Shown piece after piece: positions 1 through 11,659 of a stretch of 64,000 bases of DNA (position 1 is the first letter of the stretch; each line of letters begins with the position of its first letter). The position numbers and the translations under genes were made by a program. Source of the DNA: Chlorokybus atmophyticus (Eukaryota; Plantae; Mesostigma and Chlorokybus algae); assembly GCA_009103225.1 (NCBI GenBank), contig RHPI01000277.1, positions 456,074-520,073 on the forward strand, written 5' to 3'. The notes beneath the pieces were generated by a model. That model did no database searches. It was given only the letters and a program-made list of their open reading frames with translations, and was not told where the DNA came from.

Positions 1-329
1 CATCGTCGGACCAGACTCCGGACTCCAGACTGGAGCCTTACTAACTGCTTCGTATCTCCGCGTATACTTACTCATATTAGGCGTGTGAGAGCTTGTTGGA
101 AAGCTCTGGTTGTAAGAAAGACAACACAGCTTAGAGCGCGTCAAACGGCTGAGTATAGCTTACGCAGTGCTTGCAAACGTAGACGTGTGTGTAACTGGCT
201 GGTATAAGAACCAGCGGACAACTTGTAATAGATGAATGTGATGTGACCTGTGTATGCTCCGGTGGCGGTAGCTCTGTCTCTGTGTGTCTATGCTTGCCTC
301 AGCTACATGTGCATGCTAGTCCTTCAACA
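1..329 (+). repeat. 5' LTR (partial)
   Basis: Direct repeat of 4482-4810; ends TCAACA. Confidence 0.95.
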
Positions 330-343
330 GGTTATGGGCCCAC
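330..343 (+). other. Primer-binding site complementary to the anticodon arm of initiator tRNA-Met (half-tRNA primer)
   Basis: GGTTATGGGCCCAC abuts the LTR end and is the reverse complement of GTGGGCCCATAACC in plant-type tRNAi-Met. Confidence 0.85.
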
Positions 344-456
344 ACTACGCTTGAGGAGTGTGAGACTAGTTTGTGTGCATAGTAGTTCTACACTACGGTA
401 GCTTGTTGGTAGCAGAGCCTTGGGTGTCAACTGCAAGAAAGGCAGGCTCGACAGAA

Positions 457-3400
457 ATGGAGGCGACCTACGACAAGGGGCAGATTGCAAAGCTGGACAC
501 CGACAACTACAACACATGGTGCGTGGAGATGAAGGCCTTGCTCATCCACAAGAAGGTGTGGAAGTACGTTGATCCGAAGGCACCACCACCAACACCAGGA
601 GCGAACACTGTGTGGTCAGAGCATTCAGCAGAAGCACACTCTTTGCTTGTGTTGAACAGCAAACCGCATCACTTTCCCATGCTCACTGCATGTGAAGATG
701 GTAGACAAGCTTGGGAAAAGCTATCAGCCGTTTTCAGAGCCAAGAACAATGCCAGAAAGTTGCATCTACGCAAGCAGCTCAGCGCACTCAGGAAGGAGGC
801 AGCAGAACCCATCACAAAGTATGTTGCGCGCGCGAGAGAGCTGTGGGCGGACCTCATCAACGTCGGCCACAACATGGGGGAGACGGAGGTAGTGCTGGCC
901 ATTGTTGCAGGGCTACCAGCAGAGTACGAGGTCGTCGCAACCCTGCTGGAGACGTCATCATCGGAGTTGACGTTGGACGATGTGCTACCGAAGCTGCTCA
1001 CCGTGGAGCAGAGGGTTGTGAAGAAGGACGAGCAAGCGGATGCCGTCGCCTTCTACACCGGCAAGCACGCAAAGAAGAGCAACCATGAAGAGAAGTACAA
1101 GGGCAACAAGCCAGGCAATCCTCGTCACAAAGACCTCACATGCCACTGGTGTGGTTGGAAGGGGCACATTGTGAAGGACTGTAGGAAGAAACAACAGGGG
1201 CAACCTAGAGCAAGCACCAGCAACAGCGGCAACGAGCACCAACACAAGGAGAAACATGTCGCCTTCACTGCATCCAGTTCGAGGGCGGGCACAGCTTTCT
1301 GGGTGGTGGACTCTGGCTGCGATCGTCATCTCACACCAAACAAGGAGGTGATGGAGGGCTACAGGAAGCTGACGTCCACAATCAAGGTGGCGGGCTTCGG
1401 TGGCGAAGTACTGGTGGCTGAGGGAGTTGGCAACGTACGACTCCAGTGCAAGGTTGGTAACACACTACGCGAGGTGTTGTTACGCAACGTCCTGCATGTT
1501 CCTAAGGCTATTGCGAGTCTATTCTCTGTGAGGGTTGCGGAGCGCTTAGGCGCGGAGATCCTATTTCGGAAGGGTGGCTGCTCAGTCATCCTTGATGGGG
1601 TCGTGCACATGGTTGGAATCGCTGATCCGGGAGGGCTCTACCACGTGGAGCAGCCTCAAGACAGAGACATTCAAGCCATGGTGGTGAAGGACAAGGAGTC
1701 GCCAACATTGTGGCATCGAAGGTTCGGGCATCTCAGCTACGTCAACCTCACTCGCCTTGTCGCTGAGAAGATGGTCAAGGGCATCCATCTCAGCACAGAA
1801 GAACTCAAGAATGCATCAGGTGCACTTTGTGAACCATGCCTGGTTGCAAAGCAGCATGCTATGCCATTCCCATCATCCTCTTCTAGCAGTCAGCATCCTT
1901 GCGAGCTTGTGCACATGGATGTCTGTGGCCCTATGCGCATTGTGGCGAAGGGAGGGGCCAGGTACTTTGCTACATTCCTCGACGACTACAGCAAGCTGTC
2001 CATCATCTTTCCATTGACGCTCAAGTCAGAAGTTGCTGGAGCTGTGCGCACAGTTGTGGCCTTGTTGGAGACCCAGTCTGGCAACAAGATGAAGGCAATG
2101 AGGAGTGATCGAGGAGGGGAGTACATCAACAAGGAGTTGAAGGAGTTCTTCGCCAGCAAGGGCATACGCCACGAGACAACGGCACCCTACACCCCGCAGC
2201 AGAATGGAGCAGCTGAACGCCTCAACAGGACACTCTTGGAGCGTGTTCGAGCCATGCTCAACGACACAAAGATGGAAGACAGTTTGTGGAAGGAGGCGGT
2301 ACTCACTGCCAACTACATCCGCAACAGGTCTCCGGTGAGCTCAGAGCAGAAGACTCCGTGGGAGCACTTCTATGGAGCCACACCAGATGTGAGTGGTATG
2401 CGTGTGTTTGGATGCACGGCATATGCACTAGTGCCTAAACAGCTCAGGCACAAGCTGGAGCCGGTCAGCAAGAAGGGCATCTTCGTTGGCTATGAACCGG
2501 GTTCCAAGGCTTACAGGATCTTGCTCGAGGACACTCAGAAGATCATCGTGAGCAGAGAGGTGGTTTTCCACGAGGGATTATCACAACCAGAAGCAGGCTT
2601 CTTTCCTGAAGATGAAGCACAGCCGGAGCATCCTGAAACAGTGGAGGCTACAGGCAAGGCCATCATCGACGATAAGGGTGAGCAGGACTCCACTGTAGCA
2701 GACAAGCAGTCGCACCTGCAGCAGGAGCACGCAGCTCGGAGATACCCAGTGAGGGAGAGAAAGGCACCTGACTTCCTACACAAGGCACACGTCGCCAGTG
2801 TGCAGAATGAGGAGCCAAGCACCTACGAGGAGGCATTGTTAGCACCAGATGCGGAGCAATGGCAGCGTGCTATGGACGAGGAGATTGCGTCACTCCATGC
2901 CAACAACACTTGGTCACTGGAGCAGTTACCGCAAGGAGTGAAGACCATTCCAGTGAAATGGGTCTTCAAGGTGAAGCGTGATGGTCAGGGCAACATTGAG
3001 CGCTACAAGGCAAGACTGGTGGCAAAGGGCTTCTTGCAGCAGGAAGGTGTGGACTTCAACGAAGTGTTTGCACCTGCAAGTAAGCATACCACCTTCCGTG
3101 CACTGCTAGCTATGGTTGCTGCTGAAGACCTAGAGCTGCATCACCTGGATGTGAAGACTGCCTTCCTCTACGGAGAGCTGGAGGAGGAGATCTTCATCGA
3201 GCAACCACCTGGATATGAAGAAGGGGAGAGAGGCACAGCGTGCAAGCTGATCAAGGCACTGTACGGGCTGCGACAGGCACCGCGTATGTGGCACATCAAG
3301 CTCACCAAGGAGCTGGAGGCACTTGGCTTCACCGCATCCTCTGCAGACCCTGGGCTCTTCATCCATGCAGACAACAAGGTCTGGCTGCTCGTGTATGTTG

Positions 3401-4344
3401 ATGATATCATCATCACCGCCAGGCAGGTGCACCACCTGCAGGAGACGAAACTTGCTCTACAGCAAGCATTCTCAGTTCGTGATCTTGGAGAGGCCAAGTG
3501 GTTCCTTGGCATGGTGATTGAGCGCGACAGGGCGGCTCGCACAATCAAGATCAGTCAGGAGCAGATGGTGAGAAGACTCGTCACCAAGTTTGGGCTCACT
3601 GAAGCGAAGACCAAGACCACACCGTTGGCACTTGGCACTGCCCTCATCAAGGCAAAGGATGAGGAGGTACTCGACAAGGCTCAGTATCCATATGGTGAGC
3701 TGGTAGGCAGCATGCTCTATCTGGCAGTGTGCACACGTCCCGATGTTGCACATGCTGTGGGAGTACTTGCTCGCTACATGTCTGCACCGAGCATGGAGCA
3801 CTGGAGAGCAGCAAAGGGAGTACTACGCTATGTTGCTGGGAGCGCAACAGTTGGCATCAAGTTTGGGAGCGGGAGCACTGAGTTGGAGGGCTACTGCGAC
3901 TCGGACTTTGCTGGTGACCTCAACAGCAGGAGGTCCACTACAGGCTACGTCTTCAAGCTGAACGGAGGCGTGGTGAGCTGGAACAGCAGGCTGCAGCCAA
4001 CAACAGCAGCATCTACATCAGAGGCTGAGTACATGGCAGCGGCAGCAGCAGTGAAGGAGGCACTCTGGCTTCGCAAGCTCATGGCAGACTTGGAGCACCC
4101 CATGGCGTGCATCGTCATCAACTGTGACAACCAAGGAGCCATCAAGTTGTTGAAGCACCCTATCGCCTCGGCAAGGACGAAGCACATTGATGTCATGCAT
4201 CACTTTGTGCGTGACAGAGTCACAAGGAAGGAGGTGGAGTTCCAGTACTGCAACACCGAGGGCATGCTGGCGGACTTCATGACAAAGCCATTGTCACCAC
4301 TCAAGTTCAAGACTTGTTGTGCAGGACTTGGCATTTGTGTCTGA
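457..4344 (+). CDS. Copia gag-pol polyprotein (gag, Zn knuckle, protease, integrase, RT, RNase H)
   Basis: Motifs CHWCGWKGHIVKDC, WVVDSGC, LWHRRFGH..CEPC, HMDVCGP/SDRGGEY/NGAAERLNR, YVDD, YCDSDFA, KHIDV. First in-frame ATG at 457. Confidence 0.97.
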   Translation: MEATYDKGQIAKLDTDNYNTWCVEMKALLIHKKVWKYVDPKAPPPTPGANTVWSEHSAEAHSLLVLNSKPHHFPMLTACEDGRQAWEKLSAVFRAKNNARKLHLRKQLSALRKEAAEPITKYVARARELWADLINVGHNMGETEVVLAIVAGLPAEYEVVATLLETSSSELTLDDVLPKLLTVEQRVVKKDEQADAVAFYTGKHAKKSNHEEKYKGNKPGNPRHKDLTCHWCGWKGHIVKDCRKKQQGQPRASTSNSGNEHQHKEKHVAFTASSSRAGTAFWVVDSGCDRHLTPNKEVMEGYRKLTSTIKVAGFGGEVLVAEGVGNVRLQCKVGNTLREVLLRNVLHVPKAIASLFSVRVAERLGAEILFRKGGCSVILDGVVHMVGIADPGGLYHVEQPQDRDIQAMVVKDKESPTLWHRRFGHLSYVNLTRLVAEKMVKGIHLSTEELKNASGALCEPCLVAKQHAMPFPSSSSSSQHPCELVHMDVCGPMRIVAKGGARYFATFLDDYSKLSIIFPLTLKSEVAGAVRTVVALLETQSGNKMKAMRSDRGGEYINKELKEFFASKGIRHETTAPYTPQQNGAAERLNRTLLERVRAMLNDTKMEDSLWKEAVLTANYIRNRSPVSSEQKTPWEHFYGATPDVSGMRVFGCTAYALVPKQLRHKLEPVSKKGIFVGYEPGSKAYRILLEDTQKIIVSREVVFHEGLSQPEAGFFPEDEAQPEHPETVEATGKAIIDDKGEQDSTVADKQSHLQQEHAARRYPVRERKAPDFLHKAHVASVQNEEPSTYEEALLAPDAEQWQRAMDEEIASLHANNTWSLEQLPQGVKTIPVKWVFKVKRDGQGNIERYKARLVAKGFLQQEGVDFNEVFAPASKHTTFRALLAMVAAEDLELHHLDVKTAFLYGELEEEIFIEQPPGYEEGERGTACKLIKALYGLRQAPRMWHIKLTKELEALGFTASSADPGLFIHADNKVWLLVYVDDIIITARQVHHLQETKLALQQAFSVRDLGEAKWFLGMVIERDRAARTIKISQEQMVRRLVTKFGLTEAKTKTTPLALGTALIKAKDEEVLDKAQYPYGELVGSMLYLAVCTRPDVAHAVGVLARYMSAPSMEHWRAAKGVLRYVAGSATVGIKFGSGSTELEGYCDSDFAGDLNSRRSTTGYVFKLNGGVVSWNSRLQPTTAASTSEAEYMAAAAAVKEALWLRKLMADLEHPMACIVINCDNQGAIKLLKHPIASARTKHIDVMHHFVRDRVTRKEVEFQYCNTEGMLADFMTKPLSPLKFKTCCAGLGICV

Positions 4345-4386
4345 CTACAGGAGCAAGCGTTGGAGGTCAAGCTGCTCGCGTGGGAG

Positions 4387-4810
4387 TGTTGAGAGTATTC
4401 CTACATACGATCAGCATCGACCCTCCACACAGGAGTAGAAGGTCGTAAGGACGAGCACTAGGTCCGGACTTAGCAAGATGGCATCGTCGGACCAGACTCC
4501 GGACTCCAGACTGGAGCCTTACTAACTGCTTCGTATCTCCGCGTATACTTACTCATATTAGGCGTGTGAGAGCTTGTTGGAAAGCTCTGGTTGTAAGAAA
4601 GACAACACAGCTTAGAGCGCGTCAAACGGCTGAGTATAGCTTACGCAGTGCTTGCGAACGTAGACGTGTGTGTAACTGGCTGGTATAAGAACCAGCGGAC
4701 AACTTGTAATAGATGAATGTGATGTGACCTGTGTATGCTCCGGTGGCGGTAGCTCTGTCTCTGTGTGTCTATGCTTGCCTCAGCTACATGTGCATGCTAG
4801 TCCTTCAACA
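4387..4810 (+). repeat. 3' LTR, 424 bp, TGTTGA...TCAACA
   Basis: 6-bp terminal inverted repeat, preceded by a short purine run (GTGGGAG), identical to the 5' LTR except for one base. Confidence 0.95.
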
Positions 4811-5099
4811 GACTGTCTGCTTGGCAGAGTGCAACAAAGCGGAAGACGAGGTAAGCATGTGTATGCTGATGGGCTAGTCCTCTGGCAGCACGCCACTCTT
4901 ACAGCATTACCAAATGCAAGTGGTCACTCTCAAAGCAACCATCAAGCGCATGCGCGTGCACGGCGAGGTGCTGACATTCAAGCTGAAGGACAAAGTAGCC
5001 GCTGTATTCTCAGCGAGCGATGCAGAAGATGACTCTACTGTTGAAGCAAAAGACTTGTCGGAGGAGGAACAGGAGGAGGGGGTTGAGGAGGAGTGCTGA
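4811..5099 (+). other. 3' exons of a gene probably interrupted by the copia insertion
   Basis: GAG|GTAAGC donor and TTACAG acceptor join in frame (TVCLAECNKAEDE|HYQMQVVTLK...EEEC*); acidic tail. Confidence 0.4.
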
Positions 5100-5639
5100 G
5101 GCAGGCACCACGGGTTGACAAGCTGCGCATGAGTGCGACAGCTAGACTCAATGTTATGGGCAGTTTCATACGCAAGTCAGCTGCTCAGTCGCAAGTGGAC
5201 ATACTCTCACCACTGCCGGTACATTGTATACATTGTGGGCTTATAGCTGCAAGATCAAACAATCAGTCCAAGGTTTGCACAAGCTGCATGGCATGTTAGT
5301 GTTAGCTTACGGCAAGAATTGCCAACTTTTGTCAAACGGTAAGGGTCACATATTAACAGCAGTGTAACGGCTATTGCTGTAAGCTGTTCGAAACTACCGG
5401 CTAACCGCCGTCTGTGCACATCGATTAAAGGGTAATTGTTTGATAACTCTCGGCCGGTCAGTGCCACTGATAACCACTTTTGGCCCACGGCCGACTGTGT
5501 CAGTCCACTTAAGCCAACGGCAAACCCAACAGTCCATAAGTCACATTTCAGGCAGGCTCAGACAGGCTCAGGCAGGCTCAGGCACCCGTCAGCCCCTCAG
5601 TGGTTAGTCAGTCACCGTATAAGATTTGCAACGTTGTCT

Positions 5640-6760
5640 ATCGATGGTAATACTATCAACTGCTGCATGTCCTTAAGGCGTTCACGGTTAGTGTTAGTAC
5701 TGGCATATAATGCAGAATTCACAGGGTTATAACGTGAGCAGTTGCAGCAGCTGCATGTACTTCCCTTTATTACCGCATTGACCAATGATTGCAAAAATTA
5801 ATGTTGATGCTTGCGTTTTTTAATGCCTGTAGGAAAGTGACGCACCCTTTTACCAGTTGTTTGTAATGTGTTCTGCCCAATAGCCATAACCGAACATCTG
5901 ATCATAGTCCCACAAACATAGCAAAGCACTTACTTTCGCCAAGGCGGCAAGAGCAAAATTACATGTTAGAACATGATTAAAACAAGCATAAACAAAAGGG
6001 CTGAAAAGCAGCCTGAGTATTACATTTATAACACCAATGCAATACTAAACTCTGCATGTGCATCATGGTCTTTTTTACGAGGGCTGTGCGGTTGATACTG
6101 GCAGCCCCCAGCGTTTGACCATACTCTTATAGTGTCAATACATCTGTCGCATGTTGCAGCAACTGTGGGGGTTATAGCACTACGCACAACATCAGCAACT
6201 ATGCATGCAAATCTGATTGATTTATCGATGGCCCTTTGAATGCACTCATTACCAACAACCGACGATTTCACTTAGGCTACCAATAGCACCTGCATGCTGA
6301 ACATCTTTGCAGCGCCATGCATGTGTGCTACGGGTGGGTGTGCCTTGAATGAAGTTGAGGTGTGCGTCACCGCCTACTCAAATCAAATGATGTCGCCTCC
6401 ATCTACGGTGTATATGTTCTTGAACTTGTGCATAAGTTTGTCAAGCCGTGCGGCAACCAAATAAGTGCATGATGTTATTGCACTGGTGTTGACGTGAATT
6501 GGCATGCGGTGTGCAATAATCTGGCTTTGGCCACCTGTTGATTGACAACGTGGATGTCAATGTGAATGTGAGAAATGCATGCGTAAGTTATACGAAGCGC
6601 AAGCGTCAACCGCATGAGCTTCATATAAAGAGACCGCATGTGCTTGAATTTGGTGTGAACGCATGCGGATGTAAGCTGCATTGATTCAATGCAGTGGTGA
6701 AGCATCTCAAGGCACACCCAAAGGTAACGAGTGTATAACAATGCTGGATATGGGGTGATA
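5640..6760 (-). pseudogene. Possible heavily decayed Pif1/Helitron-type helicase remnant
   Basis: Broken frames loosely resemble helicase motifs in the expected order (IHVVNQQV; HPP..MHGA; RHFP..ASIN; CSR); AT-rich with many stops. Confidence 0.25.
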
Positions 6761-7352
6761 AGCGGGGCTTGTGGAGAGCAATACGGTAGTGCGTTGGACT
6801 AGCAGGCAATCTGTACACACGCGACAGTTGGCTGACAACCCGTCAGCAGCTCAGTCATGAATCATTCTGCAAGTCGCTAATTCATTCAGTTGAACGACCA
6901 CATCAATAGCAGTTGCAGAGGACGCTCAAACGCAGGTAACCGCGCCAGTTAAATACGCTAGTTAAACGTTACGCAGTCGTTGCGGCAAGATCTGACAACT
7001 CGGTTGCAAAAGCCGTCTGACCATGTGACGCCGACCTGGCATCCATCATTGACTACTCACGATTCACATGCTGCGCTGATTGGTCCCCTGTGCCCTGGTG
7101 ACATAGCATTCCGTCAGACGTGTCGACATAAGATGCCGTGAGAAAGCCGTCAGCCGCTAACCGCATTGCTTGCATGTCGCGCACATAACTGTAACTGCTT
7201 TAGTTTTACCTTTACCGGTAAGCCTTACAGCTGTAACCGGTAAGGCTACCGAGCATTGGCGGGCAAGGCTTGAGTTCAGGCCTACAGTACCAAACATAAA
7301 TGCATGTTAATGTTGATAAACAGTATACCTGTACGAAACAACAGCATCTGGC

Positions 7353-8713
7353 CTATAGGTTGCTAGGTGCAATGTTGCTGAATGTGGTGTCATTTGAGTA
7401 GTTTGACGCTAGCGCAGGGGCTCTTACAAGGTTACCACGCACGGTAGCACGGTTTGCTGGAGTGACAGGGATACTTACAACGCAGCCGACACGCAGGTCG
7501 CCGTGCATGGGCGGCTCGCTGGAAAAGAGATAACTACAACGCAGTAACCGTTGTACCATCAGATGTGACAGCGTTGGCGGTTTCGATCAAATTGCCGTAA
7601 AAATCTACTCGCGCGGTTGCCACGCTGGAGCTTCATGGGTCGGTGGGATCCCAACGTGTCAGAACGCTCAACACACATTGCGGCCAGCTTCAGCCATTCA
7701 TAGGCCGGCCCGGCGTACAGTAGGCCTCCCCATACTGGGAGTCCCAGCATCTGCCAATAGCTTGGCGCAGCTGTCATTCACAATCACGCGACTTGTGCCC
7801 ACCAAAAGTGTAGGCTACAGTCAGCAGCCCGCCCACTCGAACTCGATTGAAACGTCGACGTCACCATCGTGTTCGTGTTGCTATTGGGTCGCACAGGCCG
7901 ATGCTCATAATTGCCAGCTATATCGCATACGAGGTCACGTTGAACTGGCAGAGGGTTCTGACACCGCTGCGCAGACTGGGGACAGCGGGGTTGCGGATGA
8001 AGCGGCGCGGAACTGTGATCGTCCGCTGTCAGACTCCGTTGTACTGCCAGGGCCTCTGACGACCTTTTCAGTAGTTGGCAGCTCAGTTACTTGGACCAAA
8101 CTCAGCTTAGTATTAAAGTTTAGGGCGGTGGCATGGCCGCGGATGAAACTGCGCCTGACGCAGTGAACACGGCCGCTTGGAGAGACGAGAACTGACCGAG
8201 AACGCTCCTGCCTGGGCCAGCCCACGGCGATCGGCACACAGTGTCAGACTCGGCTCTGACGGGGTTGTTCTGTGGTGGTTGTGTCGCAGGCTGCCCAGTC
8301 AACAAGTAGGTACCTACCGTCAGTCAGCCGACAGACCCTCGGTTGGTGACCAGCCGCTCCCGCGGCCCGCACAAGCTTACTGACAGGCTGCTGCAGAAAC
8401 GACACAGGCGGGAAGCGGGTCCTTGGCGCCGCCCCAGCGGACAGCAGCGAGATATGCGTAGGACGCCCGACTGGGTACACGAACTGAGGGCGCAGCCAGC
8501 TGGGCTTTTGGTGCGGGGTTGTATGCGTCGAGCCGCAGCAGCAGAAGTGCGCGTTACTAGGGTTGTAGAAGTGGTCCGCTGGTTCAGGCGGAGGCGGGAG
8601 AGGCTGGCGGAGGCGGCAGGGTGGGTAGGGCTGCCCGTGGTTGGTTTGCGCTTCGTGCCGTTCCTGGAAGCATACTGGGTTGTTGCTCGAGCCATCGCCG
8701 AGAGTGAGGGCAA
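7353..8713 (-). other. Unidentified broken coding-like segment (Pro-rich then Thr/Ser/Val-rich frames)
   Basis: GC-rich, protein-like minus-strand frames interrupted by stops; no recognised motif. Confidence 0.2.
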
Positions 8714-9621
8714 CTCGCTGGTGGGCGCCGGTGCACCAGCGCCCTTTGCTCGTCTCGCTGCCTGACAGGCAGCGGCAGCCGTTGCTTTCGCTTCACGGTG
8801 AGTACCCAGTGGTCGTGGTTGTGCAGTATTGTAAACATGAACGGCGTCACTGCATACTGCCTTCTGTCACGTCAGAACATACTAAATGGCAGGAACGCCG
8901 TGCAGGTTTGGGTTTTTACCTGCCATTCATGATGTGAGCATGTGTTTCAGTTTGTCATGACTTGCTGCTAAGGGGTGGTTGATAGGGCATCGGTGAAACT
9001 GTGCACAATGCTCAGATGACTGTATTGCTTTCCTCATCATGTGTTTGCGCACCAGGCATTTGTCCCCGGTCCATGTTGTTCAAGATTGTGTTTGCGCACC
9101 ATAGCTTCTGGTGCGTCCCCACTTATATGTCAAGTCTTGTGCACAGACCTCAAAGGTACTACACTCATGCTGGTTTGTTGCGGAGGTCTGCAAAACATTC
9201 TATTGAATACCCTTGGGTTTATGCAGACAGTCCTGGTCTGCTGTATGCGAGGGTCAATGAGCAGATGGGATGACTCTGCTGTTCTTGCTGCTCGCTTCGC
9301 TTCACTAGGTATGCACATTCTTTCCGCCATTAAGTAACCATTTCCTGCACGCTTTTCGCATGGGTTGTGCAAAGTGCGCACTGCAAACATGGTTTACCAT
9401 GTGCATGGTTAACTGATGTTGCTTGTGATAGCAGTGCGGCATTCAATATCGTAGCTGATGCAACACAGCAGTTTGGAGCACGCCACGAATCCACCGCCGC
9501 CTTCCGACGCCCAACGCGGCATAACCCTGGAGTTGTTTCCAGGCGATTCGGCAAACACTCGTAAGTCACTCTTCCTGTTCTTGGCACACGCGTTTTGGCC
9601 GATGTTGTACTGCAGGAAATA

Positions 9622-10821
9622 ATGCACACGTCTCATACAGGCGCTTCTGCCGCCCCTGCACAAATGGCACCTGATGAGGGTGCCCTTCAACGCCAAATGA
9701 TGGTTGCTTGGCATCCATCGATGATGGCTTCTCCATCAATGCCAGCAAATCTTGACGAAGAGCAGCGGCGCCAATTGCAAACACAGATGCTGATCTACAA
9801 CCATGTCATCATGGGCGCCCCAGTGCCTCGTGAGCTGGTTTCAGTTCTCATGCACTTGCAGCGCCCACCACCTGGTGTTCCCATGTACATGCCCCCTCAA
9901 CCTCCAGCACCAGTACTGTCGCATTTACCACTACCACAATCGCAAGCGCATGAACACATGTGGGCACATCGCCCAATCGCTATGCCGCCATGGGGCATGG
10001 CACCCATTGCTGCACCTGTTCCCAGAACAGGAGGTATAGCACCTTCTTTGTTTGGCACTATGCCTGGTGTTCCTGTGCGAGCTGCGGCAGTCTCTTCCCC
10101 AATGCAGCCATCCTCTCCAGCTGCAACCCCTTCCATTTACGCAAGAGATGGTTATATGGCCGGTGTGCAGCCTTCCTTGCAGCAACCAGCTCCCCAGCAA
10201 TACCAGCAGCAGCAGCAACACCAGCAGCAGCAGCCACAGCCACTGCAGCCGCAGCATCAGCCTTCACAGCAAACTCCTTCGCAGCCTCCCACCCCATCGC
10301 CATCGCCTGGGTCACCAGCTGCGGGTGTCAATACCACAGCATCCGGGGGTTCAGATCGCGCGCTTGCATCAGATGTTCACACCTGTCGACGAACTGATGG
10401 CCGCAAGTGGCGGTGCTCTCGCTTATGCTTGCCAGGACAAAAGTATTGTGCCACGCACTTGCACCGAGGTCGTTACAGAGTGCGCAAGAAGAAGGAGGCT
10501 GCGGCAGCAGCTGCTGCATTGACTGCAGAAGCACCAGAGTCACCTGTGCGTGTGACTGCGAATTTGTTACCGCGCTCGCGTCCCAATAGCCCTGATTCGC
10601 ATGATGCACCTGCTGGTCAACAAGCTCGGGCTAATGATGCCGCACACACGTTGAAGCATGACAGTCCTGGTCCTGAGCTGGATTTGCGGCCTGCTGGTGC
10701 ATCGCAACGGCCGTACAGCAATGGCGTGCCTGCCTTCACAGCACCTGGTTTTCCAGTGGCAAGTTCAGCAGCGGGTCACCAGCAATATCATGCTCCTACT
10801 CTGGCTGCCGGCTTGAGTTGA
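9622..10821 (+). CDS. GRF: Growth-regulating factor (QLQ + WRC domains); an upstream exon is possible
   Basis: QLQ: [34 protein letters not shown]-x9-C-x10-C-x2-H: [28 protein letters not shown] acceptor ends at 9615. Confidence 0.9.
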   Translation: MHTSHTGASAAPAQMAPDEGALQRQMMVAWHPSMMASPSMPANLDEEQRRQLQTQMLIYNHVIMGAPVPRELVSVLMHLQRPPPGVPMYMPPQPPAPVLSHLPLPQSQAHEHMWAHRPIAMPPWGMAPIAAPVPRTGGIAPSLFGTMPGVPVRAAAVSSPMQPSSPAATPSIYARDGYMAGVQPSLQQPAPQQYQQQQQHQQQQPQPLQPQHQPSQQTPSQPPTPSPSPGSPAAGVNTTASGGSDRALASDVHTCRRTDGRKWRCSRLCLPGQKYCATHLHRGRYRVRKKKEAAAAAAALTAEAPESPVRVTANLLPRSRPNSPDSHDAPAGQQARANDAAHTLKHDSPGPELDLRPAGASQRPYSNGVPAFTAPGFPVASSAAGHQQYHAPTLAAGLS

Positions 10822-11617
10822 CTAAGGGCTGCCGCAAGCAAGCCTGCTGCATGCTGATTCCCTTTGGATCTGGCTGCCTTTTTGAAGCCAGGGTCCTGAA
10901 ACTGCTGATTGTTCATAACACCTTACATTGTTGTTTTGGCGCGCTCGTCTGTTGTATTGTGTATATTGGTTAGAGTTTGTGTGTAGCGAGAGCTGTCTGT
11001 GTGTTGGTCCTGCGCGTTTTGAAGCATTGAATAAGTAGAAGCCTGGTGCCATGGGGCGTCTAGTGTATTCAACCGCGTTTTATCGCGTGCAAGGCATGTG
11101 TGGTGAGGAGTGCATAAACTCTGTATAATGAGTGATACCTGCAGTTTTCCATTGGGGAATGTCGCCATTCATACGTTGCATGTACAAACTGAGTGATATC
11201 TGCAAGCATGCAATGATTGCCTCCATTGACGTCGCAGTAATTGTAATCCACACGATTGTACATAAGATGTTTTTGAGATTGCAGCTCAGTAGGCAACACA
11301 ATGTTGAACGCAGTCGATACCCTAAATGTCTTTTTGTACACAGGAGATCACATTAAATTTATCATTAACACTTGCGCACTTACACGTGTCCAATGCTGTT
11401 ATGGAATGCGAATGCCAAGCATCTTTAAAGGCATTGTCTTGCGATAGCGATAATTACCATTCTGTTATATATGACATGTGCTGCCGTTTGTTAATACATA
11501 TCACATGCGCAAAGCACTTTGATTACACACTGAAGTGTAAGGTATTGATGGATGGTGTTAGAGAAATCAATGTAATTAGTTGTTACACGAGTGGGGTGCA
11601 AGGTCGTAATTGAAAGT

Positions 11618-11651
11618 CTGCGTGGCGGAGCGTATACGCTCCGCCACGCAG
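11618..11651. repeat. Perfect 34-bp GC-rich palindrome
   Basis: CTGCGTGGCGGAGCGTA|TACGCTCCGCCACGCAG in AT-rich DNA. Confidence 0.95.
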
Positions 11652-11659
11652 GCTACATA

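Larger units (their letters stand above)
1..4810 (+). mobile_element. Ty1/copia LTR retrotransposon, apparently intact (5' LTR truncated by the window edge)
   Basis: Bases 1-329 repeat at 4482-4810 with one visible mismatch (175 A vs 4656 G). PBS follows the 5' LTR; single uninterrupted gag-pol ORF with integrase before RT. Confidence 0.97.

Noticed and set aside
373-456. N-terminal extension of the gag-pol ORF
   Set aside because: Starts at a non-ATG codon in the leader; the first ATG is at 457.
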